A stretch of 61,863 nucleotides of DNA, filler included. It is 5 parts of 5 records of this genome, joined end to end, with 100 filler letters (N's around TTAATTAATTAA, not from the genome) between each part and the next. Parts side by side here need not be neighbours in the genome. Positions count along the whole stretch, not along the records: positions 1 to 18,781 come from SRR22947725_1362; 4 more parts are not named here. The stretch is one strand, 5' to 3'. Position numbers and translations under genes: made by a program. Positions 1-8,884 of this stretch are shown here, piece after piece. The notes under the pieces were generated by a model. The model searched no databases, was not told the origin of the DNA, and saw only the letters and a program-made list of their open reading frames with translations. Numbering within the stretch: position 1 is the first letter of the stretch; every line of letters begins with the position of its first letter.

Positions 1-1
1 A

Positions 2-895
2 GACAGTGTTAAAAAAGGTGATATGATTGCTGAGACAGCAGGAATTTTTGGTATGTTTAAATCTTCAGTAGAATCTCCAGTAGATGGAACAATTGAATCT
101 ATATCTGAAAGTACAGGGCGTGTTATTGTTAGAGAAGCTCCTATACCAGTTGAAGTGGATGCATATGTTAGCGGTATTGTGGATGAAGTAATTGAAAAAG
201 AAGGAATTATTTTAAAATCTGATGCAGCTTTTATTCAAGGTATTTTTGGAATTGCAGGCGAAAAAAGAGGTGAATTAGTGTTAGTATCTAATAGTTCATC
301 TGATGAACTAACTTCTGATCAAATTACACAAGATATGGAAGGAAAAATTTTAATAGGCGGATCATTTCTTAGTCTAGATGCTTACAAAAAGGCAATGAGT
401 TGTAACGTAGCTGCAATTGTAGTAGGTGGTTTTAACTACTACGATTTAAAAGCAGTGCTTGGCTATGATTTAGGTGTTGCAATTACAGGAACAGAAAAGT
501 TACCTACAGCATTAATTGTTACTGAAGGGTATGGCTCTATTCCAATGAGTGATGCTACGTTTGATTTATTAAAGAATAACCATGGAAATCAAGCATCAGT
601 GAATGGTGCAACTCAGATTAGAGCAGGTGTAATACGCCCTGAAATTGTAATTCCTATAAATAGCGACTCTGATTCAGAAGATTCTCTATCAAAAGAACCG
701 GAAGGTATTCAAGAAGGAAGTACTGTTAGAGTGATTCGTTCACCTAACTTTGGAAAGATTGGAACGGTAAGTTCTTTGCCTTCAGAATTGAATAAAATGG
801 AATCAGAAACAATGGTAAGAGTTGCTGAAATTTCTATAGATGGGAAAAATACTCTAATACCAAGAGCTAACCTTGAAATGGTTGAATTACAATGA
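2..895 (+). CDS. Conserved hypothetical soluble protein, 5'-truncated: barrel-sandwich-hybrid-like N-part, central alpha/beta domain, C-terminal KOW-like domain
   Basis: Frame is open from position 2 (DSVKKGDMIAE). The VKKGD..AE..G......SPVDGTIESI pattern resembles biotinyl/lipoyl or RnfC/NqrA N-termini. C-terminal GSTVRVIRSPNFGKIGTV resembles a NusG-type KOW motif. Confidence 0.7.
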   Translation, partial: DSVKKGDMIAETAGIFGMFKSSVESPVDGTIESISESTGRVIVREAPIPVEVDAYVSGIVDEVIEKEGIILKSDAAFIQGIFGIAGEKRGELVLVSNSSSDELTSDQITQDMEGKILIGGSFLSLDAYKKAMSCNVAAIVVGGFNYYDLKAVLGYDLGVAITGTEKLPTALIVTEGYGSIPMSDATFDLLKNNHGNQASVNGATQIRAGVIRPEIVIPINSDSDSEDSLSKEPEGIQEGSTVRVIRSPNFGKIGTVSSLPSELNKMESETMVRVAEISIDGKNTLIPRANLEMVELQ

Positions 896-1164
896 GTTAT
901 ATACTTACAAACGACGATAAAGCATTTTTATCAAAGCTTGCAAATAAGATTGTAGAGTTAAAATTAATAACTCCGTCAATTTTTTTTCTTGAGATGGTAA
1001 AGCCCTTAAATTTTATTGGAAGTCAAACAATGGTGTTTTTTGGTCCAATAATTAGTGCATTTGTCAAAACAGATGGTTATTATAGGGCTGCTGAATTATT
1101 TGAACAGCATTCTAGTGTAGAATTTTTAATTTGTGAATTAGAACGATTAAGTAAGAATGAATAA
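892..1164 (+). CDS. Small conserved hypothetical protein (90 aa)
   Basis: ATGA overlap with the upstream gene and overlap with the downstream gene; motif PSIFFLEMVKPLNFIGSQ. Confidence 0.75.
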   Translation: MSYILTNDDKAFLSKLANKIVELKLITPSIFFLEMVKPLNFIGSQTMVFFGPIISAFVKTDGYYRAAELFEQHSSVEFLICELERLSKNE

Positions 1165-2035
1165 CAAGCAAATACAAACATACTCAATAGGATTCGTAGG
1201 TATTATTATTTTTACCTTCGCTTTAACTCAAATTCCAGAATCTTTTCATATTTTCCAGTCAGATAGGGCTGTAATGTTTGCTCTTTTACTTACTATTATA
1301 ATGGTAATGCTAAATGAAGTAAAAGATGCTAGAATTTCTGCTGATTCAATTTTTTTACGTACTATTCCAGGTCTAAAAGCAGTAGAGGAAGCAGTCGGGC
1401 GTTCTACTGAAATGGGACGACCTATTCTTTATGTTCCAGGTATCATGGATATGAACGAAGTTGAAACTGTTGCAGGTGTAATTATTTTAGGTCATGTAGC
1501 ACAAATGACCGCACAATACGAAACTAGTCTAGATGTTCCTGTTGCAAGATCTATTGTTATGCAAGCTGCTAGAGAATCTTGTAAAGAAGCTTATTTGACA
1601 CAAGGTCGACCAGAAATGTTTAATGAAGATATGGTTCATTATGTTACAGATGACCAATTTGCGTATGCTGCAGGGGTGAATGGTATTATGCAAAGAGATA
1701 AGCCGGCAGCCTGTATGTATATGGGTAAATTTTATGCAGAATCATTATTATTTGCAGAAACTGGTAATAGTATTGGTGCGATTCAGATTGCAGGTACTGC
1801 CTCTCAAGCACAAATTCCTTTCTTTGTAACTGCATGTGACTACACCTTAATGGGTGAAGAATATTTTGCTGCAAGTGCATACCTTTCAAGGAAGCCTGAA
1901 TTAATCGCAGGTGTTAAAACTCAAGATATGGTAAAATTAATGTTGATAAGCTTTATTGGGGTTGCATTATTATCACGCGCTTTATCAGATTTAGGATTAA
2001 CTAGTTTTAATCTTTTAACATGGTTGGGTTTATAA
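1157..2035 (+). CDS. DUF6754-like membrane-anchored protein
   Basis: Motifs EEAVGRSTEMGRP, QFAYAAGV, FYAESLLFAE and QIPFFVTACDYTLMGEE, which I recall as DUF6754; hydrophobic segments at both termini. Confidence 0.75.
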   Translation: MNNKQIQTYSIGFVGIIIFTFALTQIPESFHIFQSDRAVMFALLLTIIMVMLNEVKDARISADSIFLRTIPGLKAVEEAVGRSTEMGRPILYVPGIMDMNEVETVAGVIILGHVAQMTAQYETSLDVPVARSIVMQAARESCKEAYLTQGRPEMFNEDMVHYVTDDQFAYAAGVNGIMQRDKPAACMYMGKFYAESLLFAETGNSIGAIQIAGTASQAQIPFFVTACDYTLMGEEYFAASAYLSRKPELIAGVKTQDMVKLMLISFIGVALLSRALSDLGLTSFNLLTWLGL

Positions 2036-2036
2036 G

Positions 2037-2939
2037 ATGTTTTTAAAGAGATATATCCCAATTGGAATTGTTGCATTTTTTGGATCTTTAACTCTGTTTG
2101 GATGGTTTATTGATAATGAATCAGTTGAAGCATTTGTAAATGATGACGCTACACAATGGTATGATATTATTGCAAGTTTTGCAATTTTCCTTGGAGCGTT
2201 AAATCTTTTAAAATTACAATTTTTAAAAGTATTAAAAAGACAATCGGGCTGGCAGTACAGTGTAGTCGCTATAGCATCTTTCTTTTTTGCTTTTACAATT
2301 GGTTTCTTTATGAAGGGAGCTTTCTTTGTTGGAGAGGAAGTATACTTTACTCAAGGCGCAGCTGAACAAGCTATTTTAGCATCCGGATCGGTAGAAACTG
2401 TTAAAGCTGTAGAGTGGGGAGCACATATTTCTACAGAAGGCGGTCTGTTTAAGTGGATGTTTGATAATATTTTTACTCCATTGTCTGCAACAATGTTCGC
2501 ATTGTTAGCATTCTATGTTGCTTCAGCATCATATAGAGCTTTTAGAGCAAGAAATTTTGAGGCTACGTTATTATTGTTAGCTGGGATTATTATTATGTTA
2601 GGAAGAGTGCCTGTTGGAAGCTTAATTACCCCATGGATGGTAATGTATCTGTTAGTTTTTGTTGGAACAATCTTTATGGCAAACTATTTCAAAGATCGCA
2701 AAATTATTTTTGGTTCATTTGTTATAGGATTATTAGGTGTTACAGCTTTAGGTATAAGTATGGATTGGAATCCAACTGAGCCAGCAATATTCTTTTTACC
2801 ATCACTTCAAGAGTGGATTTATACAGTTCCAAATTTAGCTGGTGCAAGAGCAATTATGATTGGAATTGGTTTAGGGATTATTGTAACAAGCTTGCGTTAC
2901 ATTTTTGGTTTAGAAAAATCATACATAGGTGACCAATGA
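2037..2939 (+). CDS. Polytopic membrane protein of unknown function
   Basis: Many hydrophobic helices; motifs PLSATMFALLAFYVASASYRAFRARN and WIYTVPNLAGARAIMIG; 1-nt gap from the previous gene. Confidence 0.8.
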   Translation: MFLKRYIPIGIVAFFGSLTLFGWFIDNESVEAFVNDDATQWYDIIASFAIFLGALNLLKLQFLKVLKRQSGWQYSVVAIASFFFAFTIGFFMKGAFFVGEEVYFTQGAAEQAILASGSVETVKAVEWGAHISTEGGLFKWMFDNIFTPLSATMFALLAFYVASASYRAFRARNFEATLLLLAGIIIMLGRVPVGSLITPWMVMYLLVFVGTIFMANYFKDRKIIFGSFVIGLLGVTALGISMDWNPTEPAIFFLPSLQEWIYTVPNLAGARAIMIGIGLGIIVTSLRYIFGLEKSYIGDQ

Positions 2940-3778
2940 GGTATTTAGAAGACATGATATTAAAGCTCGGCTCTGTTGATAGAAGGTATATCTTTCTATT
3001 AATTGGTTTAGCAGTATTGATACCGCTTTTACGCCCTATTGATCTACCAATTAGAACAACACCAACTACTGAAAAAGTTTATAATGCAATTGCAGAAATA
3101 CCTGCTAATTCAAAAGTATTAATGTCATTTGATTATGGCCCAAGTACTAAGCCTGAAATTCATCCAATGACATTGGGTGTTATGAGACAGCTTTTACGCG
3201 AAGATCACCAGATATATATTACATGTTTATGGCCAGATGGGCTTTATATGGCGCTGGATGCATTAGAAGAGATTAATCAAGAATTTGAATTGGTAGAATA
3301 CGAAGATTACGTTTTATTGGGCTTTAGGCCAGGAAATGAAGCAATTGTTAAAGGTCTTGCTAGTGATTTACGCAAGGTATACACTGTAGATTATAAACAA
3401 ACAATGCTTGCAGATATTCCTATGATGGACGGTATAAACAATTTAAAAGATTTTCAATTTATTTTTACTGGCTCTGCTGGATATCCAGGGACTTTTGAAT
3501 GGGTTCAGTATGGTGGTGATCCAACAGGTGTGCCGCTATCGTCCGGAACAACATCTATTCAAGTAAATGAAGTAATGCCATATGTTCAGAGTGGGCAGGT
3601 AAGAGGAATACTTGCTGGAATGCCGGGGGCAGCGGAATATGAAAAATTAATTGGTACACCAGGTATTGCAATTCAAGGAATGGCAGCACAATCATTTGCT
3701 CATCTTGTAATTGTGTTGTTTATTGTCTTAGGTAATTTAGCCTATTTTATAACCGAGAGAAGAGAGAGGAAATACTAA
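2936..3778 (+). CDS. Membrane-anchored protein with a soluble alpha/beta domain, probable distant paralog of 1157-2035
   Basis: N-terminal TM after DRR, soluble core (SFDYGPS..PE..PM), C-terminal TM followed by RRERKY; ATGA overlap. Confidence 0.75.
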   Translation: MRYLEDMILKLGSVDRRYIFLLIGLAVLIPLLRPIDLPIRTTPTTEKVYNAIAEIPANSKVLMSFDYGPSTKPEIHPMTLGVMRQLLREDHQIYITCLWPDGLYMALDALEEINQEFELVEYEDYVLLGFRPGNEAIVKGLASDLRKVYTVDYKQTMLADIPMMDGINNLKDFQFIFTGSAGYPGTFEWVQYGGDPTGVPLSSGTTSIQVNEVMPYVQSGQVRGILAGMPGAAEYEKLIGTPGIAIQGMAAQSFAHLVIVLFIVLGNLAYFITERRERKY

Positions 3779-3779
3779 T

Positions 3780-4553
3780 ATGGCATTTTCTACAATTTTC
3801 GGTGCATGGATTGCAGCATTTTTAACATTAGGTATTTTATCTTACCTCTACAGAGATAATCCTTTTTATAAAATTGCAGAGCATGTTTTTGTTGGTGTGT
3901 CAGCAGCTTACTGGGCAGCTACTTTTTATTGGACACAGATTTATCCAAATTTATTTGGAAGATTATTTCCAAAAGATGGTCCTCTGTCATTTATTGCTGA
4001 AGTCGACTTCAACCATGATTTTAATATCCTTTATCTGTTCCCATTATTATTAGGGATTATGATGTTACTTAGTATCTTTAAGCAGTTTAATTGGATGGCA
4101 CGATGGGGTATTGCTTATACAGTAGGGATTGCAGCTGGGTTAAAAGCGTATGGATATTTGAGCTCTAATGTGTTAAGTCAAATTAGCGCAAGTGCAGTAG
4201 ATATTTTCGGTGGATCTTTGCCCATCTTTAGTATGTCAGGTGATAGTGTTTTTAATAATATTGTTATTTTAGTAGGTACAATTAGCGCGTTGATGTATTT
4301 TTATTTTTCAAGAGAACAAACAGGTTCTTATGGAAAATTTACTCGATTAGGTATTTATTTCTTAATGATTAGTTTTGGAGCATCATTTGGTTTTGCAGTC
4401 ATGGGACGCATTTCATTACTTATTGGACGTTTTAACGATTTAATTTTATTTTCTTCTCCCGACTATAACTATGGAACGTATTGGATGATGCTATTTATCG
4501 TGCTAATATTAGGTTTTTGGTCATTCCAAAATCCTGAAAAAAAGGAAGGTTAA
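3780..4553 (+). CDS. Polytopic membrane protein of unknown function
   Basis: Hydrophobic throughout; motifs SYLYRDNPFYKIAEHVFVG and FLMISFGASFG..VMGR; 1-nt gap. Confidence 0.8.
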   Translation: MAFSTIFGAWIAAFLTLGILSYLYRDNPFYKIAEHVFVGVSAAYWAATFYWTQIYPNLFGRLFPKDGPLSFIAEVDFNHDFNILYLFPLLLGIMMLLSIFKQFNWMARWGIAYTVGIAAGLKAYGYLSSNVLSQISASAVDIFGGSLPIFSMSGDSVFNNIVILVGTISALMYFYFSREQTGSYGKFTRLGIYFLMISFGASFGFAVMGRISLLIGRFNDLILFSSPDYNYGTYWMMLFIVLILGFWSFQNPEKKEG

Positions 4554-4556
4554 TAA

Positions 4557-5906
4557 ATGAATAAAGCGGACATTAGGAAAGTAATTTCCCAAAGCATTCT
4601 TGCAGATGGCATGGCTCCAATTATCGATCTGGAAAAATCTCATGGTTCTTGGTTGGTTGATAAGGTTAGCGGAAAAGAATATTTAGATTTATTTTCTATG
4701 TTTGCATCTCTTTCTGTTGGATATAATCATCCTTATGTATTGGAGCAATCAGAAAGATTGCGTATTGCTGCAATTAACAAACCTACAAATTCAGACGTCT
4801 ATTCTCAAGAAATGGCAGAATTCATGCATACTTTTAAGCGCGTTGCTCAGCCAGATTATTTACCACATACTTTTTTTATAGAAGGTGGTGGTTTGGCGGT
4901 AGAAAATGCTTTGAAAGTTGCATTTGATTGGAAGCGTAGAAAGAATTTAGCAAAAGGAAGTAGTGCTAAAGGAGAAAAAGTTATTCATTTTAAACAATGT
5001 TTCCATGGAAGAACAGGCTATACTATGTCCTTAACTGATTCTCCAGATAAGAGAAAAACAATGTACTTTCCAAAGTTTGATTGGCCTCGAGTTTCTAACC
5101 CTAAAATTACATTCCCTTTAAAAGATAATTTAGAGCATGTTCAAGAACTGGAACGACAATCATTGCATGAAATCAAGGAGATAATTGCTGCAAATCCAGA
5201 CAATATTGCTTCTATTATTTTAGAGCCTATCCAAGGTGAAGGTGGCGATAACCACTTTAGATGTGAATACATGCAAGCTTTAAGAGAAATTGCTGATGAG
5301 AATGATATTATGCTCATTTATGATGAAGTCCAAACAGGTATTGGTATCACAGGAAAAATGTGGGCACATCAACATTTTTCATCTGGAGGTTGTGAAACTG
5401 GATGTGGTTGTGCAGAGGGTTTATCGGCTAAGCCTGATATTATTTCATTCGGTAAAAAAACTCAAGTTTGTGGTATTGCTGCAAGTACTCGTGTAGATGA
5501 AGTTGAAGGAAATGTATTTCAAGAATCGAGCCGTATTAATTCTACTTGGGGCGGAAGTCTTGTCGATATGGTACGACTAACTATCTATTTAGAATTAATT
5601 GAAAGAGATAACTTGGTAGATCAAGCAGCTAAAAATGGATTATATCTATTAGATAGCATTCAAGGCCTTCAAAATCAATATCCTAGCCTTGTATCGAATG
5701 CAAGAGGAAAAGGCCTGTATTGTGCCTTTGATTTGCCTTCAAGTGATAAAAGAGACAAATTAGCAGAGCTTCTTATGGATGAAGGTTCTATTCTTCTAGG
5801 TTCTGGAAATTATTCAATTCGATTTAGACCACATTTAAATGTTACAACAGAAGATATTGATTTTGGAATAGATTGTTTTAAGCGCGCATTAAATAAGTTG
5901 GCATAA
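4557..5906 (+). CDS. lat: L-lysine 6-transaminase (class III PLP aminotransferase)
   Basis: NKPTNSD, GLAVENALKVAFDWK, FHGRTGYTMSLT, EPIQGEGGD, DEVQTG, FGKKTQVCG (PLP lysine) and SSRINSTWGG. Confidence 0.9.
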   Translation: MNKADIRKVISQSILADGMAPIIDLEKSHGSWLVDKVSGKEYLDLFSMFASLSVGYNHPYVLEQSERLRIAAINKPTNSDVYSQEMAEFMHTFKRVAQPDYLPHTFFIEGGGLAVENALKVAFDWKRRKNLAKGSSAKGEKVIHFKQCFHGRTGYTMSLTDSPDKRKTMYFPKFDWPRVSNPKITFPLKDNLEHVQELERQSLHEIKEIIAANPDNIASIILEPIQGEGGDNHFRCEYMQALREIADENDIMLIYDEVQTGIGITGKMWAHQHFSSGGCETGCGCAEGLSAKPDIISFGKKTQVCGIAASTRVDEVEGNVFQESSRINSTWGGSLVDMVRLTIYLELIERDNLVDQAAKNGLYLLDSIQGLQNQYPSLVSNARGKGLYCAFDLPSSDKRDKLAELLMDEGSILLGSGNYSIRFRPHLNVTTEDIDFGIDCFKRALNKLA

Positions 5907-6598
5907 TGTCTAATAAAGGCAAATTGTTTGTCGTTGCTACACCAATTGGCAATTTACAAGATTTTACATTTCGTGCAGTAGAAACCCTAAAGAGTGTTCA
6001 TTGTATTTTTGCAGAAGATACCCGAACTTCAAAAAAGCTAATCAATCATTATGATATAGATACAAAATTGTATAGTTATCATGATCATAGTAGCGAGAAA
6101 GAAATTGCACGTTTATTAGATTTTCTGAAAGATAAAAAAGATGTCGCATTAATTTCTGATGCTGGAACACCAACTATTAGCGATCCAGGATATAGCTTGA
6201 TTAGAGAGTGTATAAGTGAAGGAATTGATGTTGTTCCCATACCTGGCGCTTCTGCTTTAACTGCAGCTATTAGCGCTTCAGGACTACCTTCAGATGCTTT
6301 TACATTTATAGGATTTTTACCAGCAAAAAAAGGAAGACAAAAGAAAATTTCTTATTTAGAAAATTTAGATACAACTTTAGTGTTATTTGAAAGCCCTCAT
6401 CGACTATTAAAAACATTAAATCAATTAAGAGAAGCACTTGGAGAGAGGCCTATTGTTATTGCTAGAGAATTAACAAAGTTGTATGAAGAAATTATTAGAG
6501 GTAGTTTTAGTGATGCAATAAAGTATTTTGAAGCAAAAAAAATTAAAGGTGAAATAGTAATTATGATTGGAAAAAATGATGACAGAATCCACTTCTAG
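5906..6598 (+). CDS. rsmI: 16S rRNA (cytidine1402-2'-O)-methyltransferase
   Basis: VATPIGNL.D, AEDTR, SDAGTP.ISDPG, FESPHR and ARELTKLYEE. Confidence 0.95.
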   Translation: MSNKGKLFVVATPIGNLQDFTFRAVETLKSVHCIFAEDTRTSKKLINHYDIDTKLYSYHDHSSEKEIARLLDFLKDKKDVALISDAGTPTISDPGYSLIRECISEGIDVVPIPGASALTAAISASGLPSDAFTFIGFLPAKKGRQKKISYLENLDTTLVLFESPHRLLKTLNQLREALGERPIVIARELTKLYEEIIRGSFSDAIKYFEAKKIKGEIVIMIGKNDDRIHF

Positions 6599-7208
6599 CG
6601 GAAAATTTATAACATTTGAAGGGGTCGATGGATGTGGAAAATCTACACAAGCTGAAAAATTAGTTGAAAAACTTTTTGAAATTGATATATCAGCTGTTAC
6701 TGTTCGAGAGCCAGGAGGGGATCCAATATCGGAATCTATTCGAAAATTATTGCTTCATGCCGAAGAATCTATGTCTGATCGTGCTGAAGCATTGTTAATG
6801 ATCTCAAGTAGAGCGCAACTCACTGACAAGGTTATATTGCCTCATATCATTAACGGTAAATGGGTTGTAGCGGATAGATATGCAGATTCTACATTGGCAT
6901 ACCAAGGCGGTGGAAGAGGACTTAGTGTCAATGCATTAGATGAGATTAATAATTTTGGAACATATACTTTAAAGCCTGATATAACATTTTTTATTGATAT
7001 TCCTGTAGAAAAAGCAGATGAAAGAATGTCTGTTTCTAGAGATAGAATTGAAAAAGAAGGTTCAAATTTTCAACAAAGAGTACGGGATCAATATTTAGCA
7101 ATTCATGCTAAAAATCCAGACAGAGTAGTTTTAATTAACGGGGAACAATCTATTGATAAAGTATTTGAAGATATATGGAGTGCAATGAAAGAAAAATTTA
7201 GTTTATGA
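6576..7208 (+). CDS. tmk: Thymidylate kinase
   Basis: FITFEGVDGCGKSTQ P-loop, REPGG and DRYADSTLAYQG; ATG at 6576 preferred over TTG at 6567. Confidence 0.95.
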   Translation: MMTESTSSGKFITFEGVDGCGKSTQAEKLVEKLFEIDISAVTVREPGGDPISESIRKLLLHAEESMSDRAEALLMISSRAQLTDKVILPHIINGKWVVADRYADSTLAYQGGGRGLSVNALDEINNFGTYTLKPDITFFIDIPVEKADERMSVSRDRIEKEGSNFQQRVRDQYLAIHAKNPDRVVLINGEQSIDKVFEDIWSAMKEKFSL

Positions 7209-8878
7209 GATATTTTAAAAAAGCATCGATCATCTTTATGGTTCTCATGGTATGTTTCTTTGGAATACTTCGCAGTCAACAGTTAGATGTTTATCGCGAT
7301 ATTGCACGATCTCAACAACAGATTATGACTGTCTATAAGTACTTATTAACAGAATATGTTCATGAATTAGATGTGCAAAAATTAACATCCAGAATTATTA
7401 AATCTATGTTGGAGAATTTTGATCCATATACTGAATATTATGAAGAAAAAGATTTAGAAGATTTAGCAATTAAAACTGATGGTGAATTTAGTGGGGTAGG
7501 TCTTCAGATATATATGTATGAAGATCAATTAACTGTTGTCGGACCTATTGAAGGATCTCCTGCATCACGAGCCGGTATTTTTACAGGTGATGAAATTATG
7601 AATATCGATGGAGAAACTACGAAAGGATTAGAGTTAAAAGAGGCTACTAATAAGATTAGAGGAAATAAAGGAACGGATGTTATCCTGACGATTAAAAAGC
7701 CGATTACGGGCGAAACGGAAGATTACACAATTACTAGAGATGTAATTACGATAAAAGATATCCCCTATTATGGAATGGCAAACCCAGAAGTGGGCTATCT
7801 TAGAATTACAAATTTTTCAAATAATACTCCTGGTGAAACAAGAGATGCTCTAATATCTTTAATGGGTGAAGGTGCAGATAATATTATTATTGATTTAAGG
7901 GATAATCCTGGCGGATTGTTATCATCGTCTCTAGATATTTTAGACCTTATTTTGCCAAAAGATGTTGAGATGGTTTCAACAAAAGGAAGAAAAGGTAGGA
8001 GTCTTAAAAACTACAAGTCGCTCAATAGTGCATTTTTACCGAATTCAGTAGATATAGCAGTACTTATCAATGGTGGGAGTGCCTCAGCAAGCGAAATTGT
8101 TGCTGGAGTCTTACAAGATCATGATCGAGCTGTTGTTCTTGGAGATCAGTCTTTTGGAAAAGGTTTAGTTCAAACTGTGATTGGAATTAATCAAGATACT
8201 GCTCTAAAAATTACTAATTCTAAATATTATATTCCAAGTGGTCGCTCAATTCAAAAAAGAGAATTTATTGATGAAGAATTAATTGCAGATGGTGCTTTAG
8301 AAGCCGATTCACTATTTCAAACAATGGCAGGAAGAACTGTATTAGGTGGCGGCGGAATCTCTCCAGATATTATAGTCAAAGATGAAGGTTCCTATCCTTT
8401 AGCAGCATCTATTTTAAGAAACGGAGGCTACTTCAGGTTCGTTCAACAATCCAGCGATCAGTATGCTTCAATTGATGAAGTTATGGCAGATAGCAGCTTA
8501 ATGAAAAATTTTGAAACCTTTATTAATGATAATGATATTGAAGGTTATGTTGATGGTGAAGAAGATTTAGAATTAGCAAAAGAAAAGCTATCCGAAGAAG
8601 ATAAAGACAATATTTTCTTAAAAAACGCCTTCAGTGTTATTGAGAGACAAATTGATAAAACTCAATCAGAAATGTTTGAAACTGAAAAAGATGTTATCGA
8701 AAGAATGGTCTTAGGTGAGTTTGCTTTCTATTACGATGGAAACGATGGAAAATATGAATTGTATCTTAAAGATGATAAAGTAGTAATTAAAGCCTTAGAA
8801 GTCTTAATGGATGATTCTGTTTATTCATCTCTCCTAGCAGTTCCTGAGCCTAATCAGGTAGCAGTAATTCTAAACTAA
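7205..8878 (+). CDS. S41 family C-terminal processing protease (CtpA/Prc-like)
   Basis: Signal/TM N-terminus, PDZ region, DLRDNPGGLL, SASASEIVAG (catalytic Ser) and SFGKGLVQ (catalytic Lys). Confidence 0.92.
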   Translation: MRYFKKASIIFMVLMVCFFGILRSQQLDVYRDIARSQQQIMTVYKYLLTEYVHELDVQKLTSRIIKSMLENFDPYTEYYEEKDLEDLAIKTDGEFSGVGLQIYMYEDQLTVVGPIEGSPASRAGIFTGDEIMNIDGETTKGLELKEATNKIRGNKGTDVILTIKKPITGETEDYTITRDVITIKDIPYYGMANPEVGYLRITNFSNNTPGETRDALISLMGEGADNIIIDLRDNPGGLLSSSLDILDLILPKDVEMVSTKGRKGRSLKNYKSLNSAFLPNSVDIAVLINGGSASASEIVAGVLQDHDRAVVLGDQSFGKGLVQTVIGINQDTALKITNSKYYIPSGRSIQKREFIDEELIADGALEADSLFQTMAGRTVLGGGGISPDIIVKDEGSYPLAASILRNGGYFRFVQQSSDQYASIDEVMADSSLMKNFETFINDNDIEGYVDGEEDLELAKEKLSEEDKDNIFLKNAFSVIERQIDKTQSEMFETEKDVIERMVLGEFAFYYDGNDGKYELYLKDDKVVIKALEVLMDDSVYSSLLAVPEPNQVAVILN

Positions 8879-8884
8879 CCAATC

